From positions 1-63,688 of the forward strand of contig MEOR01000154.1 in the NCBI GenBank assembly GCA_001769295.1: a stretch of 63,688 nt of DNA, read 5' to 3'. The stretch's first letter is position 1. Every line of letters starts with the position of its first letter. Both the position numbers and the translations under genes were made by a program. Source of the stretch: Bacteroidetes bacterium GWF2_49_14. Lineage in GTDB: Bacteria > Bacteroidota > Bacteroidia > Bacteroidales > UBA12481. Positions 17,421-26,484 of the stretch are shown here, piece by piece. The notes under the pieces were generated by a model. That model was given only the letters and a program-made list of their open reading frames with translations, searched no databases and was not told the origin of the DNA.

Positions 17421-19922
17421 TTGTGCGGCTCCGTGGTTTATCCTGAAAAATTTAATGATAAAATTGGTTTCAGCCAGATCCTGCAGAAAGTTGCCGATTT
17501 GTGCGTCACTCCTGTCGGATTGGAGGAGGCTGCGAATATCAGGCCCTTGTCGGACTTGCAATCGGTTTCAAGACTGATCGACGAAACGAATGAATTTGCC
17601 GACATCCTCCTGCATTATTCTGATTTTCCGGAGCTGGCACCCGTTGACCTCCGCGGATCTCTGAAGCGGGGCGCCATACCCGGGACCTTCCTGGAGGTCA
17701 ATGAATGGCTTGATCTTCGGCGCCTTCTGCTTTCTGTCAGGCAGATCAGCGGATTCTTTGAGAAAAAACCACCGGAATCCTTTCCGAACCTGCGCCGGAG
17801 GGTGGCCGGAATCTCTGTATTTCCATTTATTCAGGAGAAATTGGACCAGGTGTTCAACAAGCAGGGACAAATCAGGGACCAGGCTTCACAGGATCTGAAA
17901 AAAATCAGGCAGGATATGTCCCACATGCAGGCGAGCATAAGCCGCCGGATGGAATCGGTTCTTCAGCAGGCAAGAAGCGAAGGATGGATCGACAAGGATA
18001 CACAGGCCTCAGTGCGTGATGGCAGACTCGTTGTGCCGGTACCGGTTTCAAATAAAAGGAAGATAAGGGGTTTCATACATGATGAATCGGCTACCGGCAG
18101 AACTGCTTTCATTGAACCCATGGAACTGGTAGAACTCAATAATTCCCTGCGTGAACTGGAACTTGCCGAACAACGCGAAATTGTCAGATTATTGATTGAG
18201 TTAACCAATGCAATAAGACCCTATTTCCCCGATATCGAAAACTGGAATCTCCTTGCTGGTTTTCTTGACCTGACCCGTGCGAAGGCAAAACTTTCGCTGA
18301 AATGGGATGGAAAGCCGGTTATCCTTCGTAAGGATACCATGATCAGATGGAAAAGGGCACGGCACCCGCTCCTCGACCTGGTTCTCAAAGCCGACCGCCG
18401 GAAGATTGTACCCCAGGATATTGAACTGAATTCAACCCAGCGAATTCTTCTGATTTCCGGTCCCAATGCCGGGGGGAAATCGGTTTGCCTCAAAGCTGCC
18501 GGCCTTATACAATACGCCATTCAGTGCGGATTTCTGGCCCCCGTTGAAGAAGGGTCGGAATCAGGCATTTTCACACAGTTTCTCCTGGATATCGGTGATG
18601 AACAATCCATCGAAAATGACCTTAGTACCTATAGCTCTCATCTACAGCACATGAAGACCTTCCTGAGGAGATCGGGAAATGGCACTCTTTTGCTTATCGA
18701 TGAGTTTGGCGCCGGGACAGAACCACAACTGGGAGGCGCGATCGCGGAATCCATCCTTAAGGAACTTGCTGCTTCAGGTGCTTTTGGAATTATTACCACC
18801 CATTATACCAATCTTAAGCATTTTGCCTCAGCCGCGGAAGGTGTTGTGAATGCCGCCATGCGGTATGATGTGCAACAAATGATGCCCCTTTTCGAACTGG
18901 AGATCGGCAAACCCGGCAGCTCCTTTGCCTTTGAAATAGCCAGAAAAATAGGCCTGCCTGAATCGGTTATTGAGAATGCTTCGGGACTGGTGGGGGACAA
19001 GCAACTGAATTTTGACAAGCACCTCCGGGAGATTTCCAGGGATAAGCGCTATTGGGAAAACAAACGGCAAAAAATCCGCCAGACTTCCAATGAGGTAGAC
19101 GCCGTCCTGGAAAAGTACACGGAATTGCTTGTACAGGCTGAGAAGGAGCGCAAGAAGATCCTTACCGAAACGAAGCGGCAAACCGAAACCCTCATGGCGG
19201 GTATAAATCAGCAAATAGAACAGGCAGTAAGGGAAATAAGGGAATCACAGGCGGATAAAGCCCGTGCCCGGGAAATCCGCGAAACCCTTGTCAGGTTGAA
19301 GGAGTCCGTGAAAGAGGAGCTGGATGGAAGTCTGAAAAAGGATGAAGAAAAGATAGAAAATATAAAAAAAGAGTCGATCCGGATCAGGAAAAAACTCCAG
19401 CCGGAAAGTGTTCCGAAAAAGCCTGAAAAGAAAGAGAAGGAATTACCTCAGTCGTGGCTGCAGGGACAAAAAATCAAGATCCGCGACCGGGAGGTTTACG
19501 GGGAGATTATCGAAATGCGCGGTAATAATCTGTTAATCGCAATGGGACAGATGCTTACCACAATTCCTGTCAGTCAGGCTGAGCCGGTTAGTGAAAAAAT
19601 ATTCAGGGAAGTCTCGGGCCCGCGCCAGGCCACCTCGTCATTCTCAGGTTTTGACATGAATCAGCGCAAGATGGAATTTGCCCCAAGCCTCGATATTCGG
19701 GGGCTTCGTGCGGATGAAGCCTTGCGCAAGGTGGGAGCCTTTATTGATGAGGCCATCATGGTAGGTGCCGGCGATCTTCGTATCCTGCATGGGAAAGGCG
19801 ATGGAATCCTGCGTCAATTGGTCAGGGAATACCTGTCGGGAATTGATGTGGTGAGCAAATTCGAAGATGAAGATGTGCGTTTTGGGGGTACAGGCATAAC
19901 AAATGTTAAATTGACATATTAG
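17421..19922 (+). CDS. mutS2: Endonuclease MutS2 (MutS domain V ATPase plus C-terminal Smr)
   Basis: Walker A ISGPNAGGKSV, a long coiled coil, and an Smr domain LDIRGLRADEAL...LRILHGKGDGILRQ. The track start is TTG 17421; GTG 17433 (VYPEKFNDKIGF) is an alternative. Confidence 0.93.
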   Translation: MCGSVVYPEKFNDKIGFSQILQKVADLCVTPVGLEEAANIRPLSDLQSVSRLIDETNEFADILLHYSDFPELAPVDLRGSLKRGAIPGTFLEVNEWLDLRRLLLSVRQISGFFEKKPPESFPNLRRRVAGISVFPFIQEKLDQVFNKQGQIRDQASQDLKKIRQDMSHMQASISRRMESVLQQARSEGWIDKDTQASVRDGRLVVPVPVSNKRKIRGFIHDESATGRTAFIEPMELVELNNSLRELELAEQREIVRLLIELTNAIRPYFPDIENWNLLAGFLDLTRAKAKLSLKWDGKPVILRKDTMIRWKRARHPLLDLVLKADRRKIVPQDIELNSTQRILLISGPNAGGKSVCLKAAGLIQYAIQCGFLAPVEEGSESGIFTQFLLDIGDEQSIENDLSTYSSHLQHMKTFLRRSGNGTLLLIDEFGAGTEPQLGGAIAESILKELAASGAFGIITTHYTNLKHFASAAEGVVNAAMRYDVQQMMPLFELEIGKPGSSFAFEIARKIGLPESVIENASGLVGDKQLNFDKHLREISRDKRYWENKRQKIRQTSNEVDAVLEKYTELLVQAEKERKKILTETKRQTETLMAGINQQIEQAVREIRESQADKARAREIRETLVRLKESVKEELDGSLKKDEEKIENIKKESIRIRKKLQPESVPKKPEKKEKELPQSWLQGQKIKIRDREVYGEIIEMRGNNLLIAMGQMLTTIPVSQAEPVSEKIFREVSGPRQATSSFSGFDMNQRKMEFAPSLDIRGLRADEALRKVGAFIDEAIMVGAGDLRILHGKGDGILRQLVREYLSGIDVVSKFEDEDVRFGGTGITNVKLTY

Positions 19923-19999
19923 CATTGTTTTTATGATGAAGATCATTCCCTGTCTCTGGGAAATTCCTTTACATTTAGGAAATTCTAAAATTAACCGAA

Positions 20000-21463
20000 A
20001 TGACGAACCAGCTTTTTAAAGTTAAGCCATTCGACCAGCTGATTGCTGAGTCCCAGAGCAACAGCTCAGGCTTGAAGCGGGCTTTGACAGCCACCAACCT
20101 GGTGACCCTGGGAATCGGAGCAATCATCGGGGCCGGGATTTTTGTCCTCACCGGTGAAGTTTCTGCCAATTATGCCGGTCCGGCCATCATCCTCTCCTTT
20201 ATTGTTGCAGCCCTGGCCTGCGCCGCTGCAGGATTATGCTACGCTGAGCTCACCTCCATGATCCCGATTTCAGGCAGCGCTTACACCTATGCCTATGCAA
20301 CCATTGGTGAATTTTTCGCGTGGATCATCGGCTGGGTTCTTATCGTGGAGTACCTGTTTGCGGCCTCAACGGTCAGCGTCGGATGGTCGGGCTACATTGT
20401 CAGCCTCCTGGGTAATATGGGAATACACCTTCCAACATCACTGACCACAGCCCCGATCGTTTACAATGACCTGACAAACGGGTTTGAAATGGTTAAAGGT
20501 GGCATCATTAACGTCCCCGCAATTTTTATCATTTTTCTGGTCACGGTTTTGCTGATCACGGGGGTCAAGGAATCGGCCCGGTTCAATAATATTATTGTTG
20601 CAATCAAGCTCACCGTTATTATTGCTTTCATCCTGGCCGGCGTATTCTTTATCAATTCCGCGAACTGGCAACCCTTTATTCCGGAAAACACAGGCACCTT
20701 CGGCCATTTCGGTATTAGCGGAATATTCCGGGGTGCAGCTGTGATCTTCTTTGCCTATATAGGTTTCGATGCCGTGTCAACGGCTGCCCTGGAGTCAAAA
20801 AATCCTCAGCGCGATTTACCCATCGGAATACTGGGATCACTCCTGATATGCACCGTCCTCTATATTTTGGTTGGTCTCGTTCTTACCGGTATCGTTCCTT
20901 ATACCCAGCTGGGTGTTCCGGATCCGATTGCCGTGGGTGTTGATGCCGTTCCACAGTTGAAATGGCTCTCTCCCCTGATTAAAATCGGTGCCGTTGCCGG
21001 ACTAAGCTCAGTAATTCTTGTGATGCTTATGGGGCAGCCCCGGATCTTTTTCACCATGGCGAAAGATGGACTCCTTCCTCCTGTTTTCACCAAGGTTCAT
21101 CCGCGGTTCAAAACTCCGGCCACCTCAACCATTATTGTTGGTGTTCTTGCCATGTGTCTTGCCGGATTCTTCCCGATCGGTGTGCTGAGTAAACTCGTTT
21201 CACTCGGCACATTACTTGCCTTCGCATCGGTTTGTCTGGCGATCCTGATCCTTCGTAAGAAACAACCGGATGCCAAACGTCCGTTTAAAACGCCATTCTC
21301 ACCTTACGTGCCGATCTTCGGAATTCTCTGCAGCATTGGGGTTACACTGTTCCTCAACCTTTATGCATGGATTGCAATGGGAGCATGGCTGACCATCGGG
21401 TTGGCCGTCTATTTCCTGTATGGCAAACAACACAGCAAACTGAATCTGGAAGTTGCCAAATAG
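20000..21463 (+). CDS. APC-family amino acid permease (cationic amino acid transporter-like)
   Basis: 487 aa with about 12 TM segments. N-terminal signature LKRALTATNLVTLGIGAIIGAGIFVLTG. Confidence 0.88.
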   Translation: MTNQLFKVKPFDQLIAESQSNSSGLKRALTATNLVTLGIGAIIGAGIFVLTGEVSANYAGPAIILSFIVAALACAAAGLCYAELTSMIPISGSAYTYAYATIGEFFAWIIGWVLIVEYLFAASTVSVGWSGYIVSLLGNMGIHLPTSLTTAPIVYNDLTNGFEMVKGGIINVPAIFIIFLVTVLLITGVKESARFNNIIVAIKLTVIIAFILAGVFFINSANWQPFIPENTGTFGHFGISGIFRGAAVIFFAYIGFDAVSTAALESKNPQRDLPIGILGSLLICTVLYILVGLVLTGIVPYTQLGVPDPIAVGVDAVPQLKWLSPLIKIGAVAGLSSVILVMLMGQPRIFFTMAKDGLLPPVFTKVHPRFKTPATSTIIVGVLAMCLAGFFPIGVLSKLVSLGTLLAFASVCLAILILRKKQPDAKRPFKTPFSPYVPIFGILCSIGVTLFLNLYAWIAMGAWLTIGLAVYFLYGKQHSKLNLEVAK

Positions 21464-21486
21464 CGTAAAGCGGCAATTTCAATGGA

Positions 21487-21517
21487 GGGGATGGCGGTAG
21501 TCATCCCCTTCTTTTTT
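21487..21517 (+). terminator. Rho-independent terminator after the permease gene
   Basis: GGGGATG-GCGGTAGT-CATCCCC hairpin followed by TTCTTTTTT. Confidence 0.7.
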
Positions 21518-21520
21518 CAC

Positions 21521-22060
21521 TCAATCCGGGATTCGCTTGTTAAAAAAAGGATCCGATTGCACGATTCTTAACTGATAGTTGCCGCCCAGCCTGAATTTTT
21601 TGATTTGCAGGGATCTGAATCCGACTCCTGCTGCGGCCAGGGATGCTGCAACACCAGCGTTACCCCAGCTCCAGACCGGCCTGATATCCTGGACAAGTGC
21701 GTTGATGGCCCCAAGCAGCAGATAAAAAGGGGAGGCAACCATCAGCATCTTGCCCCCTGCATCATAATTGAAGGCAGTCCGGCGGTAAACAACTACTCCG
21801 ATCTCACTCAACCAAACCTCCCTTCCGGCTATGATAAGGTAATCGGTTCCTATTCCTTGTATGGTTCCTCCCTCTTCATAGGTATTGCCCTTGCGTATGA
21901 ACCTGATGGGATCACCCGTCAGAAAATGAAGGCGGTTGGTTAATCCTCCCTTTTTCAGAATCAGGTGATTCTCGATTTGGCCCACTGCAATATCCCCACC
22001 AAAAGCAGACAGGGCAATAAAAACCAGAACCAATGCGTAAGCTTTGCGGAGATATTTCAT
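21521..22060 (-). CDS. Hypothetical exported/membrane protein
   Basis: 179 aa with signal peptide MKYLRKAYALVLVFIALSAFG and a hydrophobic Gly/Ala-rich C-terminal half. No family motif recognised. Confidence 0.6.
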   Translation of the reverse strand: MKYLRKAYALVLVFIALSAFGGDIAVGQIENHLILKKGGLTNRLHFLTGDPIRFIRKGNTYEEGGTIQGIGTDYLIIAGREVWLSEIGVVVYRRTAFNYDAGGKMLMVASPFYLLLGAINALVQDIRPVWSWGNAGVAASLAAAGVGFRSLQIKKFRLGGNYQLRIVQSDPFFNKRIPD

Positions 22061-22065
22061 AAGTT

Positions 22066-22722
22066 CTATTTCTTTATGGCTACTGTTATTTCTCTTTTCC
22101 CCTTGGGGCCGGGGACCTTTTCAACCTGATAGCCGGCTTCGGCTAAATTTCTGCGTACCAGTCCTTTGACAGAGTAGGTGGTCAGGATGGAACCCGGGAG
22201 CTGACGAATGCCTATCGAGTTAAAAACTTCAGCCGTCCATAGGTCTGGCTGGCAATCGGGCCCAAAAGCATCAAAATAAACCAGATCGAAATATCGGGGT
22301 GAAGTAAAATTCAGAAAATCAGCTTCGATTTTTTTCAAAATTCCATCGGGATAAACCCTGAACTCGTGGTTCCAAGGAGCTCCGGTGATAGACCGGTACA
22401 GTGATTCATCCACCCCGTCCAGGCTTGTGTAATTCAGCTCTTCATACTCGGCATTGGTAAGGGGGTACTTCTCCCAGGATTCATAGTATACGCCACGGCT
22501 GCTTCTTTTCAGCATCTCAAGCGTAAGGCAGGCATTCAGCCCGGTGCCGAAACCGACTTCCAGCACAGCTATAGGATTCTTTTCAACACGATTGAGACCG
22601 TTTCCGATGAACACATGCATGCTTTCACGCATGGCTCCGTGAACAGAATGATAATGCTCGTCAAGTCCCGGCACATATAGTGTACTGGACCCGTCGTCCG
22701 TAATAATGATCCTTCGGTTCAT
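22066..22722 (-). CDS. SAM-dependent methyltransferase, MnmD / MnmC C-terminal-domain-like (tRNA mnm5s2U34 pathway)
   Basis: The track ORF extends to 22806. The likely start is ATG at 22722 (MNRRIIITDDGSSTLYVPGLDEHYHSVHGA, the typical MnmD N-terminus). SAM motif VLEVGFGTGLN and DAFGP. Confidence 0.75.
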   Translation of the reverse strand: MNRRIIITDDGSSTLYVPGLDEHYHSVHGAMRESMHVFIGNGLNRVEKNPIAVLEVGFGTGLNACLTLEMLKRSSRGVYYESWEKYPLTNAEYEELNYTSLDGVDESLYRSITGAPWNHEFRVYPDGILKKIEADFLNFTSPRYFDLVYFDAFGPDCQPDLWTAEVFNSIGIRQLPGSILTTYSVKGLVRRNLAEAGYQVEKVPGPKGKREITVAIKK

Positions 22723-22784
22723 GAATGGGAAAAGGGAAATTTGTATACTTTTAGCGGTAAAATTACGAAAAAGACAAGTAGAAT

Positions 22785-24491
22785 ATGGAACCAAAAGTAG
22801 TATCAACCAAGCCTGAGAATCTGAGAGACTTACCCGTTATCGGAGTATTTGCCACCTGCGACCCGAGGATTGACCCATCCGCACGAGAGCGTGCAGGAAA
22901 TATCGTTCGCATGAACGCCAAAAGATTAGCAGGAGCCATAAAGCTGCCCAACGGGAAAAGTGTTCCGGTGGTCTATTCTGATATGCTCGTCGACACTGAA
23001 AAGGAAGCCGATACCGTTGCCCGTGCTTTTATTGCCGAGGGTGTGAACATCCTTGTCGGTTTGCCTGATACGTGGGCCTTCCCCCAGCTGACCGTCTTGT
23101 CCCTGCTTGCACATTTCCCCAAGGATACCCCGCTGAACTTCACCTGCGGTAACAGCGGACCCAAGCCCGGCGTGGTTTTTACCCATGCAGTGTCCGGAGC
23201 AGTTGCGCAAACCGGACGGCTGATGCACATTAATGTGGGCACCTGGCCCGATGACGGGCTCGAACCTGAGATGACACAGGGTACTTTTGATACACTGCGG
23301 GATTGGTTGTATGCAGCATCTACCTATCAGTTTGTAAAAGGCAGAAGGGTAGTGGTTTTTGGACATGACTCGATGGGGATGGAAACCGCCCTGCAACATA
23401 TTATTCCGACCCGAAATACCTTTGGCCTTGAGATCACCCGCCTGGATATGAAACTACTGGCCGATATGCTCAATAAAAAAGCATATAATGCCGCTGAGCT
23501 GAAAGAACTCCGCAACTGGATAGATAAAGGGTTTGGCAAGGTTGAACTCAGGCATGAAGAAGATAACCGCAGGTTTAACGACAGTCTCGCCATGTACCTG
23601 ATAACCCGTGACCTGATCAAAGATCTCGACGGAGTGGGCGGTGGGTTCATGTCGCAACTGGAGTGGGGGTCCGACCGGCGGGGTACGCCGCTTCCGGTTG
23701 CCGATGCCATGGAATCCCTTTTTAATTCTACTTTCGATCACCAGGGACCGAAAGCTGCACTGCCTTTTGCTACTGAGGCCGACGCTCAGGGCCTGCTGAC
23801 CATGTTGTTTTATACCTACCTTTCCGGCGGCAATCCCCCCCTGTTCATGGACTTCCGAAAAGTATGGGAACCTTGGGAGATTAAGGCCCTGGCCGATGAT
23901 CTTAAAATCGGAATTCCTGATAAGGCCAGATGGGCTGTACGCGGTTTTGTCGATGGCAACAACAGCGGATCGGCTTCCTTCAACTGGGCCGGTCTGCCGG
24001 GCGAAAAGCCTGAATCGGTCACCCCGAGGATTTCTTTCCCGCTCGCAGATGAAGCTTATTTCCCGGGAATGGGTAATTCCGTTACGTTCCTCACCCCTGG
24101 AGGAATTCACGGGATTGCCGGCCGAATGGCATACTCATCACTGTCAGGGATGTTCTCGATGATTTGGGATGAGGCTGAATCGGTTGAATTGCCAGCAAAA
24201 CTGGCTGATGCCGTCAGCAATAAAACGAACAGCACCTGGCCACATACCTTCCTTACTCCGGCTTACGCTACCATGCAGGAGTACAAGCATTATGCCCCGG
24301 CAAACCACCTGCACATGACATGGAACCTGCCGGTACCGCGTCTCCAGTATTGGATGGATATGGCTAATGTCATGTCCGTTACTCCATGGCATGAGCGTCC
24401 GGCATTCGCAGAGAAAACTGACCGGCCGCTTCCACTTCTATTCGTTTTGAACGGCGGTGAAAATCAGGCAAAATTGCTACGTAAAGCTTAA
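22785..24491 (+). CDS. L-fucose isomerase family sugar isomerase
   Basis: 568 aa. It aligns by eye to E. coli FucI blocks: ATEADAQGLL (ATENDSLNGV), FMDFRKVW (FADVRTYW) and NKTNSTWPHTF (NKRTNSTWPTTW). Confidence 0.8.
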   Translation: MEPKVVSTKPENLRDLPVIGVFATCDPRIDPSARERAGNIVRMNAKRLAGAIKLPNGKSVPVVYSDMLVDTEKEADTVARAFIAEGVNILVGLPDTWAFPQLTVLSLLAHFPKDTPLNFTCGNSGPKPGVVFTHAVSGAVAQTGRLMHINVGTWPDDGLEPEMTQGTFDTLRDWLYAASTYQFVKGRRVVVFGHDSMGMETALQHIIPTRNTFGLEITRLDMKLLADMLNKKAYNAAELKELRNWIDKGFGKVELRHEEDNRRFNDSLAMYLITRDLIKDLDGVGGGFMSQLEWGSDRRGTPLPVADAMESLFNSTFDHQGPKAALPFATEADAQGLLTMLFYTYLSGGNPPLFMDFRKVWEPWEIKALADDLKIGIPDKARWAVRGFVDGNNSGSASFNWAGLPGEKPESVTPRISFPLADEAYFPGMGNSVTFLTPGGIHGIAGRMAYSSLSGMFSMIWDEAESVELPAKLADAVSNKTNSTWPHTFLTPAYATMQEYKHYAPANHLHMTWNLPVPRLQYWMDMANVMSVTPWHERPAFAEKTDRPLPLLFVLNGGENQAKLLRKA

Positions 24492-24497
24492 ATACTC

Positions 24498-25439
24498 ATG
24501 AAATACTTTTATGTCCTTTTGGCTGGACTGTTCGTTTTTCAGACAGCCGATCAGACCTTTGGACAGGATCCAGCCTGGCCAAAGCCTCCGGAGTTCAAAT
24601 CCTACAAGGACAAACCTGGCAGGGTGGTCAAGTACAATTCCTTTAATTATCTCGATATCCGCGATGAATCCGGCGAAAAATCCAAACAGAGAATGGGCCG
24701 GTACTGGGAGATAGCCTGGGCCTATGATTCTACCTTCAGGCAGAAAAGAAAATTTAAGGATTTTGTTGTTAATCAGATCATTGAACGGGATGGTGCACTT
24801 TTCTTCCAGGATACCTTGCAGGTTCATTTTGTCGTTCCGGAAAATGGAAAAAACATTTGGGGACGCCTGGTTCTCAGCAATGACAAGGTTTATCGGCTTA
24901 GGCTTATCGAGGAAGGGCCCTTTATAAACCCGATGAAGTTCGATGTTAAACCGGATGTCCGTTACGAAAAGTATGTCGACTCGGTAGATCTGCCTCCCCG
25001 GATTACCTATCTTGCTTCATCCTGTATCACAAGAACCCAGTTCAGCAAATTTCACCACCAGGAGTTTTCCTGGAACTCCGGGGATACCCTCTTTAAACAA
25101 AGATTAATGGGCCCTTTCTGGGATCTGAAGATCGAGGTCAGAAACAAGGAGAATGACGTTGATAAGTCCATGTCAACGGTTGAAATCATGGAAAGTTACT
25201 ACCGCGCCTGCCAGAATGCCGGCGGTACCGTTATAAAAAGCAGGCCGAGGGAGCTGCTGATCCTCCTACCCTATAACAAGGCATCCCTGTGGTGCAGGAT
25301 TACCGCTTCGCTTGACGGCGTCTATTTTATTAAGGTGTTGCTGATGGATGACAAGGACAGGGTACCACCAGCATATACCATCATCCCTACAACGGTAGTT
25401 CCGGATTCCCTATTGGGAAAATCCGGAGATGATAAATAA
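24498..25439 (+). CDS. Hypothetical secreted protein
   Basis: 313 aa with signal peptide MKYFYVLLAGLFVFQTADQTFGQ. It starts 6 nt after the isomerase stop. No recognised motif. Confidence 0.65.
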   Translation: MKYFYVLLAGLFVFQTADQTFGQDPAWPKPPEFKSYKDKPGRVVKYNSFNYLDIRDESGEKSKQRMGRYWEIAWAYDSTFRQKRKFKDFVVNQIIERDGALFFQDTLQVHFVVPENGKNIWGRLVLSNDKVYRLRLIEEGPFINPMKFDVKPDVRYEKYVDSVDLPPRITYLASSCITRTQFSKFHHQEFSWNSGDTLFKQRLMGPFWDLKIEVRNKENDVDKSMSTVEIMESYYRACQNAGGTVIKSRPRELLILLPYNKASLWCRITASLDGVYFIKVLLMDDKDRVPPAYTIIPTTVVPDSLLGKSGDDK

Positions 25440-25599
25440 GAATTGGCCCCGCATTAATCCTGATTTCAATCAAAATTCCATAAATTGGAAAATGCAATCA
25501 TACTTATGATTTTCTAAGGTATTGTAAATCAATGATTTAAAGAAAATAATCGCTTCTGGATTGCTTTTTGGTCCTTCTGGTGAAATAACACTAGAAGCC

Positions 25600-25830
25600 A
25601 TGACACACAGAACAGGACGCGTTATCGGAAAAAGAAACAAGTACGGTTTATTTGGTCGTAAAAAGTACTTCATCAGCGTAAGGTTTGACCAATCATTCGA
25701 CAGAAAGGGCACTGACCGTTGTGAATATGAAGTCGATTCCGATTTGTTTAACAATATCATCGTTGGCGCATTCGTTAAGGGCGAATTCGAACAGGTTCCT
25801 GAAGGCCTCCGACCGGTATATTTTTACTAG
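25600..25830 (+). CDS. Small hypothetical protein (76 aa, basic N-terminus)
   Basis: ATG at 25600 inside the track ORF 25561..25830. The stop lies 6 nt before the acyP ATG. It competes with an antisense ORF at 25470..25760. Confidence 0.4.
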   Translation: MTHRTGRVIGKRNKYGLFGRKKYFISVRFDQSFDRKGTDRCEYEVDSDLFNNIIVGAFVKGEFEQVPEGLRPVYFY

Positions 25831-25836
25831 AATCCG

Positions 25837-26112
25837 ATGAATTCCCTAACCAGGGCTGGCATTACTGTTTCAGGCCGGGTCCAGGGAGTCGGATTCCGAA
25901 TGTGGGTAAAGCATCAGGCCCGCAGCCTCGATTTATCAGGTTTTGTAAGAAATTGTCCCGACGGATCGGTTTACGTTGAAGCAGAAGGCGGCAAAGAGCA
26001 TGTCATGCAATTGATTTCCCTCTGTTCAACGGGCCCCGAGCGATCCCAGGTTGTGGATATTTCATATTCCTTTATGCCTCCCACCGGCACTCCGGAATTT
26101 ATTATACGGTAA
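25837..26112 (+). CDS. acyP: Acylphosphatase
   Basis: 91 aa with signatures VSGRVQGVGFR and GFVRNCPDGSVYVEAEG. Confidence 0.9.
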   Translation: MNSLTRAGITVSGRVQGVGFRMWVKHQARSLDLSGFVRNCPDGSVYVEAEGGKEHVMQLISLCSTGPERSQVVDISYSFMPPTGTPEFIIR

Positions 26113-26119
26113 TTTATTT

Positions 26120-26127
26120 TACTTTTG
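26120..26127 (+). promoter_or_regulatory. Candidate -7 box (TACTTTTG) ahead of the 26191-33108 operon
   Basis: Exact TAnnTTTG match in the 78-nt gap, 63 nt upstream of ATG 26191. Confidence 0.3.
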
Positions 26128-26190
26128 GCCCGAACCATTTGGATTTCCCGAAATTTCCTTATATTAGGTAAGTAAAACACTGATTATTTT

Positions 26191-26472
26191 ATGGCTAGCA
26201 GGAGAAACCTGAAGAAGGATATTGATTATCTAATCACGGATCTGATAATTGATTGCTATGGTTGTATGGAGGAACATTCAGAAAAGGATTTCTCCCAGTA
26301 CGAGCAGATCATTAATGATGCAATAATTCTGAAAGAAGACCTTATCGAACGCATAAATCAGTTTTCCCCGGGAACCTCCGGCGGATCCAAATCCTATTTT
26401 CTGAACCTGAAAAGGGACCTGATTCTTGGCGTTACACAAGCATACGATAAGTTGAAGAGCCTTGGTTGTTGA
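26191..26472 (+). CDS. Small hypothetical cytoplasmic protein (93 aa, helical)
   Basis: No signal peptide and a charged helical composition. The stop is 12 nt before the next gene. Confidence 0.6.
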   Translation: MASRRNLKKDIDYLITDLIIDCYGCMEEHSEKDFSQYEQIINDAIILKEDLIERINQFSPGTSGGSKSYFLNLKRDLILGVTQAYDKLKSLGC

Positions 26473-26484
26473 TTCTGTGCGGGT

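Noticed and set aside
19958-19986. Direct repeat GGAAATTC(C/T), spaced 19 bp apart, upstream of the amino acid permease.
   Set aside because: It has only two short copies in AT-rich DNA, which could easily arise by chance. It is not strong enough to call a regulatory site.
25470-25760. A 96-aa minus-strand ORF overlapping the small plus-strand gene at 25600..25830.
   Set aside because: The plus-strand frame ends 6 nt before acyP, suggesting coupling, and has more protein-like composition. The minus-strand ORF runs through AT-rich intergenic DNA. Confidence in either is low.
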